NCBI GenBank assembly: GCA_002494015.1
Contig: DLAR01000031.1
Coordinates: forward strand, 55-64,054
Direction: 5' to 3'
DNA: 64,000 nucleotides
Source of the DNA: Porphyromonadaceae bacterium UBA7042
GTDB lineage: Bacteria; Bacteroidota; Bacteroidia; Bacteroidales; Muribaculaceae
Notes under the pieces: model-generated
Told to the model about the DNA's origin: nothing
Database searches by the model: none
What the model saw: the letters and a program-made list of their open reading frames with translations, nothing else
Part shown: one piece after another, positions 51,824 to 62,132 of the stretch
How the letters are laid out: each line of letters starts with the position of its first letter
Position numbering within the stretch: position 1 is the stretch's first letter
Translations under genes and position numbers: made by a program

Positions 51824-51917
51824 CGACATGCTAACAATTTGAAATATATTTTAAGTTTAAGTTATCTAATTTTTTATTGTAACACAGTTTTAATTAATGT
51901 TTCACTATTTCTAAGTT

Positions 51918-54900
51918 ATGAAAAGATTGTTTTTTATGCTTATGACAATTGCCGTCGCCGCGGCGACAGGTTTGTGCCTCTCGGCACAAACCCGCACGGT
52001 CAGCGGAACTGTCGTCTATGCGGGAGACAAGGAACCCCTTATAGGCGCGAGTGTTATTCCCGAGGGCGCTCATGCCTCGGGCGTTGCAACCAACATTGAT
52101 GGAAAATTTACGTTGACGGTGCCCGACGGCATTACCAAGCTCAATGTATCCTACGTCGGGATGATTACCGCGCAGGTCGACATCACAGACTCACCTATGT
52201 TTATCGAACTTAAAAACGCCGACAACCAGCTCGACGAGGTCGTCGTTACTGCCTTCGGCATGAAACGTGACCGCAAGGGACTCGGCTATGCCGTGCAGGA
52301 TCTTAAAGCCGAAGACTTGAACACGGCGGGAACCACGTCGCTGTCAAGCGCGCTGCAAGGCAAGCTCTCGGGTGTCGACATCCGCCCGTCGTCGGGCGCG
52401 CCGGGTGCGTCGAGCAACATCACCATCCGCGGTGTCCGCTCTTTCTCGGGCAACAACGCTCCACTCTATGTTGTCGACGGTATGCCCATCGCCTCAACCC
52501 CTGATTTTGTCAACACCGCCAATTCGATTGTGACCGGTTCCAATGTCAGCGACCGCTCCATCGACATCAACCCTGACGACATCGAGAGTATCAACGTGCT
52601 GAAAGGTCAGGCCGCTGCCGCCCTTTACGGTATCCGCGCATCCAATGGTGTCATCGTCATCACGACCAAACGCGGCTCGGCTGACTCGTCGCGTCCCGTC
52701 ATCACCATCTCGACCGACCTCAGCGCCGAGCGCATCTCGCGCAAGTTCAAGCATCAGGATGTCTATTCGCAGGGTGTCGGTGGCCGCTATAATCCCGGCG
52801 CGTCGACCACTTGGGGCCCGAAAATTTCCGAGCTGCCCAACGACCCCACCTATGGCGGTAATACCGACAATGCCTATACCCGCCAGTATGGCAAGCACGA
52901 GGGGATGTACTACAACCCCAAGCGCGCTATGGCCGGTCTTGACGGCTGGACTACCCCCGAGACATTTGACAACGTGGGCGACTTTTTCAAAACCGGATTT
53001 ACCGAGAACGCCAATTTCAGCATCTCGCAGAAAAAGAAAAATGTCAACTACTCGTTTGGCCTCTCCAACTCCTATCAGAAAGGCATCATCCCCTCGACCG
53101 GACTGACCCGCTGGGGTGCCCGCGGACTCGTTGACTGGCAGATTAACAACCAGTGGAAGACCGGCTTCTCGGCCAATTACAGCAATACAACCATAAAGAG
53201 TGCGCCGGTTGCCAACTCCGGTATCACCAACGTCGTCTATGGCGCGCCTGCCGAGTATGACCTCAAGGGTATCCCCAGTCACGTTCCCGGTGACCCGACC
53301 ACTCAGATATGCTACCGCTCGACCTCGTTCAACAATCCCTACTGGTGGGCTGACAACAACGAGTACGGGCAACGCACTCAGCGCATGTTTGGCAACGCCT
53401 ATGTCGAGTACCGTCCCGCCATCAACTGGGGCGACAACTATGACCTCGTTATACGCGAGCAGATCGGTATCGACATGTATACCTCCCATTACAACGACAC
53501 CTATGAGCTTGGCTCCGGCTCCGGCGGTTACCCGCAGGGGCATGTCGAGAACCGCGGCGTGACACGCAACATCTTCAACAACCTCGTGACAGCTAATTTC
53601 ACTGCCCTGTTCGGCGCCAATCAGGACTGGAACCTCGGCCTCATGGTGGGTAACGAAGTTAATCAGGACAATGTCAGCGAGTGGGACTACGAGGGCGACC
53701 AGCTTTAGTTCTACGGCCAGCCTGTAATCGGCAACTGCGTCAACATGGGCTACTGGTATCAGGCACCTGTAAAGGACCGTACCGTGGGTCTGTTCTTCAA
53801 CGCCAACCTTTCATGGCGCGACATGGTGTTCTTCAGCGTTACCGGGCGTAACGACTGGGTTTCGACCATGCCACGCGACCATCGCTCGTTCTTCTATCCA
53901 TCGGTTTCGGCCGCGTGGGTATTCACTGAGCTTGAGTCCCTCAAGGGGAATCCCGTGCTGTCATTCGGTAAAATCCGCGCCTCCTACGCCGAAGTGGGAC
54001 AAGCCGGTTCTTACTACAAGGACTTTGCCTACACCCCATCCTACGGTGGCGGGTTCTATGGCGGCACTCCCATTTCCTATCCTCTCGGCGGCGTGACTTC
54101 CTATATACCTTATTACAAGCAGTATGATCCCGAATTGAAACCTCAGACTACCAAAAACTATGAGTTAGGTGCCGACCTGCGCCTGTTCCATGACCGTGTG
54201 CGCCTCGATTACACCTATAGCTATCAGGATGTGAAAAATCAGATATTCGACATACCGATGGCAGGTTCTACAGGCTATCAGGAACTCATCTCCAACGGTG
54301 GACGCATCACTACCCATACCCATGAGGTCAACCTTGCCGCCACTCTGTACACAAACAAGGATTTCACCGCCGACTTAGGAGTGAACTTCACCAAGTATGA
54401 GAGCAAGGTCAAGGAACTCGCTCCCGATGTCGACAACATCATGCTCGGCGGATTTGTTGAACCTCAGGTGCGCGCCTACGTCGGCTATTCCTATCCGGTC
54501 ATCTTTGGTACCGGTTATGAACGCGACGATAACGGAAACCTCTATCTCGATGCCAACGGTCTCCCCGTGGCTACCGGTGACAGTAAGGTAATCGGCAAGT
54601 GTACGCCCGACTTCAACATGGGATTCAACCTCAGCCTCCGTTACAAGCGCGTGTCACTCTCGACCACTTGGTCATGGCAGAGCGGCGGTCAGATGTACTG
54701 CGGAACCAATCTCGTCATGAACATGTTCGGTGCAACCGAGGCAACTCTCGACCGAGACAAACCCATGACGCTGACCGGCACCAACATCAATACCGGCGAG
54801 CCTATGACAGCCGAGGTGTCGCTCGAAGACTACTGGAACGTGGTCGGCGAAATCTCCGAGGCTGCTGTATATGACACAGATTTCCTGAAAATGCGCGACT

Positions 54901-55103
54901 TGACGCTCACTTACCAGCTCCCCCGTATCGGAATCTTCGATATTTCGGTCTATGGCTTTGCCCGCAACGTGTTCGTATGGGCCAAAATGCCCAATCTCGA
55001 CCCCGAGTCCTCAATTGGCAACAACAATTCGGGCGGCTACTTCGAGCGTTTCTCAATCCCCAATACCGCAAGCTTCGGCGGCGGTCTCAAAGTCGTTTTC
55101 TAA
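51918..55103 (+). pseudogene. susC: SusC/RagA-family TonB-linked outer-membrane protein interrupted by one in-frame TAG (53706-53708)
   Basis: ORFs 51918-53708 and 53745-55103 are in the same frame (offset 1827 = 609x3), and the 12 codons between them contain no further stop. CarboxypepD_reg (VSGTVVYAGDKEPLIGASVI), TonB box (DEVVVTAFG), plug, barrel, C-terminal ..GLKVVF. The combined length of 1061 codons is typical for SusC. Confidence 0.8.
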
Positions 55104-55123
55104 CTTCTGTTTCACTTATCTAA

Positions 55124-56641
55124 ATGTATAAAAAGATGAAAAAACATATATTTGCACTGCTGCCTGCGCTCCTCCTTGCATCGTGTGCCGAGAGTACGAT
55201 GGACAGCATCAACAAGGACCTTGCCAACCCTCCCGTCGAGAGTATGAACGGCAAGCTGATGATTACCGACGCGATGACCTCTACGGCTTTCTCGGTTTCA
55301 TCGGGTGATTACTCCTTCTACACAGCCGTTTTCAACGAGCAGGTGTTTGGCTGCGGCAACAATCAGTTCAAAAACGCCGAGATGCGACAGACCAACGAAA
55401 CCACGGCCTCGACCACGTTTAACAACGTGTGGAACAGCACCTATGCCAACCTCCTAAACCTCAAGGCCATTATCGCCAAATGTGCCGAGGGAGGACTCAA
55501 CGAGGGGCAGAAAGACCTCGAAGGCATGGCCAAGCTCCTCAGTGCCATAAACTGGGGCATCCTGACCGACATGCACGGCGACATCCCTTGCAGCGAGGCT
55601 CTCGGCGGAGCAGGGCACAAACAGTCTAAACTCGACCCTCAGGAAAGCGTCTACGAGCACATCTTTACCCTCATCGACGAGGCTATAAGTGATTTTGACG
55701 AGGCTGCCGGAATGCGCAACGTCAGCTCTCAGGACCTCATCTACGGCGGAGATATCGCTTCGTGGTCGGCTGCGGCCCATGCCGTGAAGGCACGCTATCT
55801 GCTTCACAAGTCGGTGCGTGACCCGCAGGCTTTTTCTCAGGCCAAGGCCGAGGCAAAAGCCGCCCTTGATGCCGGGTTTGCCGGATTTGACTTCGCCGTT
55901 TACGACGGGAATGCAGCCATGAACCCTTGGGCGGCTTTCCAATACAGCCGCGACTATTGCGCCAACTCGGCCTCGCTACACGACAAGATGGCCGAGCGCG
56001 ACGACCCCCGTTGCAGCGTCTATTTCGGGTTTTATGACGAGAGTGAGGGACTTGACCCCGAAGCCGAGGTGACCTACGGTGTTCCCGGCAACCTCGCCGA
56101 CGCGCAGTCGACCTACACTCTCGGTGCTCCCGGGTGGCTTTCCTACTCGATGGCGACAGGTCTTCCCGTCGGAGCGGCGGCATCCACCCACATCGTCAGC
56201 CTTGCCGAAGTCAACTTCATTCTTGCCGAGTGTCAGGCCCGCGCGGGCGAAGATTATTCAGCCGCCCTTGTCGCAGCCGTCGAGGCATCTTTTGATGACA
56301 CAGCGGCATTCGGCACAATCGACGGAACCGCAGCCGATTATGTGGCATCACTTTCTGCCCGCCTCGCTGCTGATCCGGTGGCCGAAATCATGATGCAGAA
56401 GTATATCGCGCAGACCCGTGACGAGAATGTCGAGGCTTACAACGACCTGCGCCGCTGCAAGGCTATGGGCGAGGAATTTGTCAAGATGACCAATCCGCAG
56501 AACACTCAGGACGGTGCCAACTACCTCCCGGTGCGTCTCCCTTATGGAAACAGCGACGTTTCAGCCAACAGCTATGTGCGCGAAGCCTACGGCAACGGCC
56601 GCTACTGTCTGACCGATCCCGTTTGGATTTTCTCAAAATGA
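55124..56641 (+). CDS. susD: SusD/RagB-family nutrient-binding lipoprotein
   Basis: Lipobox LLLASC. It follows susC directly. TPR-like helical content with ..YLLHKS../..EAYNDLRR.. type motifs. Confidence 0.8.
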   Translation: MYKKMKKHIFALLPALLLASCAESTMDSINKDLANPPVESMNGKLMITDAMTSTAFSVSSGDYSFYTAVFNEQVFGCGNNQFKNAEMRQTNETTASTTFNNVWNSTYANLLNLKAIIAKCAEGGLNEGQKDLEGMAKLLSAINWGILTDMHGDIPCSEALGGAGHKQSKLDPQESVYEHIFTLIDEAISDFDEAAGMRNVSSQDLIYGGDIASWSAAAHAVKARYLLHKSVRDPQAFSQAKAEAKAALDAGFAGFDFAVYDGNAAMNPWAAFQYSRDYCANSASLHDKMAERDDPRCSVYFGFYDESEGLDPEAEVTYGVPGNLADAQSTYTLGAPGWLSYSMATGLPVGAAASTHIVSLAEVNFILAECQARAGEDYSAALVAAVEASFDDTAAFGTIDGTAADYVASLSARLAADPVAEIMMQKYIAQTRDENVEAYNDLRRCKAMGEEFVKMTNPQNTQDGANYLPVRLPYGNSDVSANSYVREAYGNGRYCLTDPVWIFSK

Positions 56642-56679
56642 CAATCCAGTGACATACATATAAAATAGCTACTGATTGC

Positions 56680-56716
56680 AGCCGTCCCAGCAGTGATGCT
56701 CGGGCGGCTTTTTTCT
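56680..56716 (+). terminator. Rho-independent terminator after susD
   Basis: agccgtccc-loop-gggcggct followed by tttttt. Confidence 0.6.
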
Positions 56717-56831
56717 AATTAGACCAATTAGTCTAATTAGACTAATCGGAAAAAGCGACATTATCGCATTACTCCATCCCTTTCCCGGCCTTAACTTTGC
56801 ACTGTCGTTAAATCCAAATGTCTGTTACACT

Positions 56832-57239
56832 ATGAAAGTTACAAAACTGATTGTTCACTGTACCGCTACCCCCGAGGGGCGCGATGTCTCTGTTTCTGAA
56901 ATCGATGCGTGGCACCGTGCCCGCGGATTCCGCTGTATCGGTTATCACTATGTTGTTATGCTTGACGGAACTGTAGTCCGTGGCCGTGACGAAAGCCTTA
57001 TGGGTGCGCACTGCAAGGGTCAGAACTCATGCAGCTTGGGAATAGCATACGTCGGCGGGGTCAAAGCCGACGGCAAGACACCCGCCGACACGCGGACCGC
57101 TGCCCAGCGCAGGGCAATGATGACCCTGTTGCGGCAGTTGCGTCAGCGTTACCCGTCGGCCACCATCCACGGCCACCGCGAGTTTGCCGCCAAGCAATGC
57201 CCCTGTTTTGATGCACGAGCCGAATATGCCGCCCTGTAA
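56832..57239 (+). CDS. N-acetylmuramoyl-L-alanine amidase (Amidase_2/AmpD-PGRP fold)
   Basis: ..IVHCTATPEGRD......WH...GF..IGYHYVV..DG....R.......AH..G.N..S.GI.YVGG.. Confidence 0.85.
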   Translation: MKVTKLIVHCTATPEGRDVSVSEIDAWHRARGFRCIGYHYVVMLDGTVVRGRDESLMGAHCKGQNSCSLGIAYVGGVKADGKTPADTRTAAQRRAMMTLLRQLRQRYPSATIHGHREFAAKQCPCFDARAEYAAL

Positions 57240-57331
57240 ACAACAAAAGCATGGCCGCCCGCGACAGGACAGCCATGCCTTTGTTTCCGAAATCGGTTAT
57301 TCGTTATCTGGAATCTGTTATTTGCTCTCTG

Positions 57332-57874
57332 TTAAAAGTGGACATAGAAACCAAACATCAGATTGTTGGTGTTGAGGTCAAGACCCCAGTTCTCGGGCGC
57401 GCCGTTGTCTTTTGCCGCATGGTTGCCACCCTGATAGCCGAGGAATCCGACATGGGCCACGAGGCTGAATTTGTCACTGAGGTCAAACGATACGCCGGGA
57501 CGGAATCCGATGCCGTATTCCACAGCCGTGCTGCCGTGGGCGCTGCCTATGCCGAGGTCGACACCGCCGTCGACAAAGAGGTGTACACGCTCTGAGTTGA
57601 AATAGGTATAACGCGCATAGGGACTAACCTTGAAGACGGTTTTTTCTTCTCCGCCCGATTTGCGGTAAGAAACGCCCAGCACTGTGCCGATAGCGAAATT
57701 GTCGGTCAGATTATAACCGATTTCAGGCAGGACCGTCACCTGTGTACTCTTTACGCCGCTTGCCGACTCGGTCGTGCGGCCAAATGTCACCTGACCGCCG
57801 CCATACCATTTCTCTTGGGCCGTTGCCCCAAGCGTCATGATTGCCATGACTGCCATAATTAGAAATTTCTTCAT
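57332..57874 (-). CDS. Small outer-membrane beta-barrel protein
   Basis: Signal peptide ..LGATAQ, alternating strands, C-terminal ..FGFYVHF. Confidence 0.65.
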   Translation of the reverse strand: MKKFLIMAVMAIMTLGATAQEKWYGGGQVTFGRTTESASGVKSTQVTVLPEIGYNLTDNFAIGTVLGVSYRKSGGEEKTVFKVSPYARYTYFNSERVHLFVDGGVDLGIGSAHGSTAVEYGIGFRPGVSFDLSDKFSLVAHVGFLGYQGGNHAAKDNGAPENWGLDLNTNNLMFGFYVHF

Positions 57875-57960
57875 AATAATATTGATTATTTAGATGAAAC
57901 ATGAGTGTGCACACGATAGGTCATAATGCAGACTCGTTTTTCCTTTAAAACAATTAATGG

Positions 57961-58524
57961 TCAATAAAGTTGCATCCCGTCAGCGGGGCCGGTACCCGGT
58001 TCAAATTCCCGGTGCATGTTTTCAAATCTTTCGGCCGAGCCTTCCCCGAAACGAGCCATGTCACGGCGCACCCGCTCAAGCGTTTTCTCCTCCATCTTCC
58101 CGCTTTTTGAGAAAAACTTGTCAGCATAGCATATCAGCCGTTCAAGCCGGGTCATGGGCAGATAGTCGCCCGGAGGCATCGGCAGTCCTTGCGTCTCGAT
58201 GTCCTCGCGTGTGATTCCGGCCCCGGTATGCCTTTCCGCCACCCGGGCAATAGCTTCGGGAAAACCCTCGCGCCGCAGCAGTTCTGCGCCAAGCACCCCG
58301 TGCATCAGGTAGTGTGCCTTGCCGTGACAGTCGATTCCCGGCGCATCGGTCAAGAATATGCCTATGTCGTGGAGCATCGCGGCGGTTTCAACCTCGTCGC
58401 GGTCAAGGTCGAGATGACAGCTGTCAGCAATGGCGAGAGCCTTGTCGGCCACCTGCCGGCAGTGCTTTAAGTAAATATCCCGCCGGAGAGATCCGGCGGG
58501 ATAATATCGGTCAATGATTTCCAT
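57961..58524 (-). CDS. HD-domain phosphohydrolase
   Basis: ATG at 58524 (MEIIDRYYP..); ..AAMLHDIG.. HD motif. The upstream 52-codon extension in the ORF track is Pro/Ser-rich and runs to within 22 nt... of the ilvE 3' end, overlapping it if used. Confidence 0.75.
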   Translation of the reverse strand: MEIIDRYYPAGSLRRDIYLKHCRQVADKALAIADSCHLDLDRDEVETAAMLHDIGIFLTDAPGIDCHGKAHYLMHGVLGAELLRREGFPEAIARVAERHTGAGITREDIETQGLPMPPGDYLPMTRLERLICYADKFFSKSGKMEEKTLERVRRDMARFGEGSAERFENMHREFEPGTGPADGMQLY

Positions 58525-58546
58525 GTATGTGCGCGCGCAAGTCTTG

Positions 58547-59566
58547 TTACAGAACGGTGCACCAGCCGTAGACATCCTCCTCCTCGCCGTGCTGGATGGC
58601 GCGGAGCTTGGTGTAAAGGGCGGTGGTGACAGGGCCGGGTTGTCCGTCGCGGGCGATGACATATTTTTTGCCGGTGTCAATGTCGTCGATTTCGCCCACA
58701 GGCGAGGCTACCGCCGCTGTTCCGCAGGCTGCTGCCTCGGAAACTGTTTCAAGCTCGTCGACGGTGATGTGTCGTTCCTCGACCTCTATACCCATGTCAC
58801 GGGCGAGCTGCATGAAACTCTTGTTGGTAATCGACGGGAGAATCGAGTCGCTTGCAGGAGTGATATATTTGCCATCCTTGATTGCAAAGAAATTGGCCGG
58901 GCCGCACTCGTCGAGATATTTCTTTTCGCGCGGGTCGAGGTAGAGTACCGCCGAGTAGCCGAGCTCGTGGGCATGTTCTCCTGCCGAAAGGCTTGCGGCA
59001 TAGTTGCCGCCACATTTCCATCGGCCGGTACCACGCGGTGCCACGCGGTCATACTCGCGCATGATGCAGATGTTGCTCGGCTTGAATCCTGTTTTGAAAT
59101 ATGGCCCTACGGGAGTGACGAGGATGATGAACGCATATTCTTTGCCCGGCTTCACACCGATTTGTGGCGAGATGCCCACTTCGAGCGGACGGATATAAAG
59201 CGAGGCACCACTCCCGTAAGGCGGGACGAAACGCTCATTGAGTTTCACGACTTTCAGAACCATTTCTCGGAACAGATTCTCGGGAATCGGGGCCATCATC
59301 AGGCCGCGGGCCGAGTCGGCGATGCGGCGCGCGTTTTCTTCAAGACGGAAAATCCTGATTTTGCCATCCTTGCCGCGGAATGCCTTCAGACCCTCAAAAA
59401 TCTCCTGACCATAGTGCAGGCCGCTTGCGGCGATGTGAATATCCATTGTCGGCGATGTGGAAACCTCGATTTCACCCCATTTGCCGTCACGGTAATAACA
59501 TCTTACGTTGTAATCGGTTGGAACATACCCGAATGAGAGGTTGCCCCAGTCTAATTCATTATCCAT
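58547..59566 (-). CDS. ilvE: Branched-chain amino acid aminotransferase (class IV)
   Basis: ATG at 59566 (MDNELDWGNLSFGY..); ..LHYGQEIFEGLKAFR...G.I..FR..EN..R...S......; 339 aa. Confidence 0.9.
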   Translation of the reverse strand: MDNELDWGNLSFGYVPTDYNVRCYYRDGKWGEIEVSTSPTMDIHIAASGLHYGQEIFEGLKAFRGKDGKIRIFRLEENARRIADSARGLMMAPIPENLFREMVLKVVKLNERFVPPYGSGASLYIRPLEVGISPQIGVKPGKEYAFIILVTPVGPYFKTGFKPSNICIMREYDRVAPRGTGRWKCGGNYAASLSAGEHAHELGYSAVLYLDPREKKYLDECGPANFFAIKDGKYITPASDSILPSITNKSFMQLARDMGIEVEERHITVDELETVSEAAACGTAAVASPVGEIDDIDTGKKYVIARDGQPGPVTTALYTKLRAIQHGEEEDVYGWCTVL

Positions 59567-59592
59567 GTCTGTTTCATTATGGGTTTCAGTTG

Positions 59593-59600
59593 CAAATGTA
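59593..59600 (-). promoter_or_regulatory. -7 box (TACATTTG on minus strand) for ilvE
   Basis: CAAATGTA on the plus strand, 27 nt upstream of the ATG at 59566. Confidence 0.4.
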
Positions 59601-59751
59601 GCAATTAATTCAGCAACTACAACAATTATCAAGCGTTTTTTATTCGCGGCGCCGTGAGCAAATGATTTATGATGATTTATGAAAATCGTAATACGCATAA
59701 ATCGTTAAATATTCATTTGCCTTTTTGGGAAAAGTTGATTAACTTTGCAAT

Positions 59752-60762
59752 GTGATACAGATAGGCCAACATATTGAGTTCCTTCTTGCGCGACATGACT
59801 GCGTTGTCGTGCCGGGACTCGGTGCGTTTCTGGTCCACTCCACCCCGGCGAGATTCAACGCTGATACCGAGATGTTTATGCCCCCGTCGCGCACTGTCGG
59901 GTTCAATCCTGAGGTAAATGTCAATGACGGCCTTTTGGCCGACAGTGTCATGCGCCGTCACGGCCTGACCCGTCAGGGAGCTATGGATGCTATCGCCGAC
60001 GAGGTGTCGGCTTTGCGTCACCAGCTTGAATTGTCGGGCGATGTGGCCGTTGGCCGAATCGGCATTCTGCATCGTGGCAACGAAGGGTCTACCCCGGCAT
60101 TTGAACCGCTTGCCGCCGAGATGTCATTGTCACGCTTTGCCGGGTTGCAGTCTTTGGGTGTCCGCCTGCTTGACCGCACTGAGAAAAATTCGGTGCCGCG
60201 AGTGGCATCGGCGAGCCGCCCTGTTGCTACGGCACCGCGTCTGTTCAAAATAGCTGCCTCGGCTGCCGCAATGGTGTGTCTCGGCCTCGTCCTTTCTACG
60301 ACCACGCTTCGTCACGGTCCCGAGGTCAATTACGCGTCGCTTGACTCGGGCCTGAGCAGCGGTGCCGACAATGTTGTGGCTCTCGCTACCGAAAAAAGCG
60401 CGGCGCAACCCGAGCGCAATCTCTATATAGCCGTTCCCGCCCCGGCCGATGCGTTGGCGGTGGTCGATACCGCAACCGCGCCGACACCTCCCGCCGTGCA
60501 GCCTGCAAACAGTGTCGTTCCCGGCCGTGTGCCGTTGCGCATAAATGACTCCGACCCCTTTATCATTGTCGTGGCATCGCTGGCAACTCCCGCGCAGGCC
60601 CAAAAATATATTACCGAGAAAGGTGACACCTCACTGCGCTATGTAGAGATGGATGGTTTTTACCGTGTCTATGCAGCCACCGCGCGCTCATCGGTTTCAG
60701 GACGTGCCGCCATTGCCTCTATTGCCGCAAAATATCCTTCGGCTTGGCTCTGTCTCAGATAA
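59752..60762 (+). CDS. HU-CCDC81-like N-domain plus C-terminal SPOR-domain protein
   Basis: N-terminus MIQIGQHIEFLLARHDCVVVPGLGAFLVH.. (HU-CCDC81 type); central TM; C-terminal ..FIIVVASLATPAQAQKYI....GFYRVYAAT.. (SPOR). GTG start. Confidence 0.7.
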   Translation: MIQIGQHIEFLLARHDCVVVPGLGAFLVHSTPARFNADTEMFMPPSRTVGFNPEVNVNDGLLADSVMRRHGLTRQGAMDAIADEVSALRHQLELSGDVAVGRIGILHRGNEGSTPAFEPLAAEMSLSRFAGLQSLGVRLLDRTEKNSVPRVASASRPVATAPRLFKIAASAAAMVCLGLVLSTTTLRHGPEVNYASLDSGLSSGADNVVALATEKSAAQPERNLYIAVPAPADALAVVDTATAPTPPAVQPANSVVPGRVPLRINDSDPFIIVVASLATPAQAQKYITEKGDTSLRYVEMDGFYRVYAATARSSVSGRAAIASIAAKYPSAWLCLR

Positions 60763-60786
60763 TAGTTTCAATAATTCATTTACAAT

Positions 60787-61326
60787 ATGGAAAATCTTCA
60801 CGACCTGCTCGTTAACCGACGCAGCATCCGCCGCTATACCGACCAGCCAATCAATCCCGATGACGTGCGCCTCATTCTTGAGGCCGGACTGATGGCTCCC
60901 ACGTCCAAGAACTGCCGCCCGTGGCAGTTTGTCGTTGTCGAGGACAAGGATATGCTTGAGCGCCTCAGCAATTGCAAGGATATGGGGGCAGGGCCTGTCG
61001 CCAAGTGCCCGATTGCCATCGTCGTGGCAGTCGACGCGACCAAGAGCGACCCCTATATCGAGGATGCATCTATCGCCGCTGCCTATATGCAGTTGCAAGC
61101 TGCCGACCTCGGTCTCGGTTCCTGCTGGATTCAGGTGCGTGGCCGTTTTACTGCCGACGGTGTACCTGCCGAGGAATATGTTCAGGAAGCGCTCGGAATC
61201 CCCGAGACTTTCCCCGTAATCTGCATTCTGACTGTCGGGCATCCCGACGAGCAGCGCAAGCCTCAGGCTACTGATAAGTTGCTGTGGGAGAAAGTGAACA
61301 TCGGCACATGGAGGGCTGCTGAATGA
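60787..61326 (+). CDS. Nitroreductase-family protein
   Basis: ..L.NRRSIRRYT...I.......ILEAGL.APTS.N..PW.FVVV... Confidence 0.85.
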   Translation: MENLHDLLVNRRSIRRYTDQPINPDDVRLILEAGLMAPTSKNCRPWQFVVVEDKDMLERLSNCKDMGAGPVAKCPIAIVVAVDATKSDPYIEDASIAAAYMQLQAADLGLGSCWIQVRGRFTADGVPAEEYVQEALGIPETFPVICILTVGHPDEQRKPQATDKLLWEKVNIGTWRAAE

Positions 61327-62132
61327 ACGCGGGGCAGAAACTGCCGCGCATCGTCATGATAGGCGCCGGCAACGTCGCCTCCTCCCTCGCCCCGGCCATC
61401 GAGCAAGCAGGTGCCGGAAAAATAGTACAGGTCTACAGCCGCACTCCCGACCACGCCCGCGACCTCGCCGCGCGGCTTGAAGATGCTGCCGCAATCAGCC
61501 GCCCCGAGGATATTGACACCGGGGCCGACATCTGCCTTGTCAGTGTGGCCGATGACGCTGTCGCCAAAATTGTCGCCGCCGTGAAACCCGGGAATGCACT
61601 GTGGCTCCACACTTCGGGTTCCGTCCCGATGAGCGTCCTTGCCCCGGCATCGCCGCGTCATGGAGTTTTCTACCCGCTCCAGACTTTTTCGCGCGACGTG
61701 GCCGTCGACCTCTCGACAGTATCGCTCTTTACCGAGGGGTCTGACCCGTTGACCGAGGCTGAAATAGGGGATTTGGCCCGCAAAGTATTCAGCAACGTGT
61801 TTCATGCTGACAGCGCGACGCGCCGGGTGATGCATGTAGCCGCGGTATTCGCCTGCAACTTCGTCAACTACATGTGGGTCGTGGCCCACGACCTCCTTCA
61901 GCGTGAAAATCTGCCGATGGACGTGCTTTTCCCGCTACTGACCGAGACATTGCGCAAGGCTGTGACGGCATCCCCCGATATGGGGCAGACCGGCCCTGCC
62001 GTGCGTGGCGACTCGGCTGTCATGAACCGCCACCTCGACATGCTCGACGGCGATAACCGTGAGATTTACCGTCTTGTTTCCGAGGCTATTATGAACCGAT
62101 TCAATGTAAGCCATGAGCCGGATAGATTATAA
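61323..62132 (+). CDS. Rossmann-like / DUF2520-domain protein
   Basis: ..IVMIGAGNVASSLA.. dinucleotide-binding loop. C-terminal ..GPAVRGD...M..HL..L is DUF2520-like. ATGA overlap with the nitroreductase stop. Confidence 0.65.
   Translation: MNAGQKLPRIVMIGAGNVASSLAPAIEQAGAGKIVQVYSRTPDHARDLAARLEDAAAISRPEDIDTGADICLVSVADDAVAKIVAAVKPGNALWLHTSGSVPMSVLAPASPRHGVFYPLQTFSRDVAVDLSTVSLFTEGSDPLTEAEIGDLARKVFSNVFHADSATRRVMHVAAVFACNFVNYMWVVAHDLLQRENLPMDVLFPLLTETLRKAVTASPDMGQTGPAVRGDSAVMNRHLDMLDGDNREIYRLVSEAIMNRFNVSHEPDRL

Noticed and set aside
53706-53708. TAG reassignment or programmed read-through as an explanation for the susC stop
   Set aside because: TAG terminates ndk (10323-25) and the ECF sigma gene (28273-75) at family-typical lengths, so it is a normal stop codon in this genome. 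A mutation or sequencing error is more parsimonious.
57995-58014. ggttcaaattcc segment resembling a tRNA T-arm (GGTTCAAATCC)
   Set aside because: It has an extra base relative to the T-loop consensus, only 4 bp of possible stem and no acceptor or anticodon arms, and it lies inside the HD-domain CDS.
58514-59536. 340-aa plus-strand ORF
   Set aside because: It is antisense to ilvE, whose aminotransferase motifs are unambiguous.
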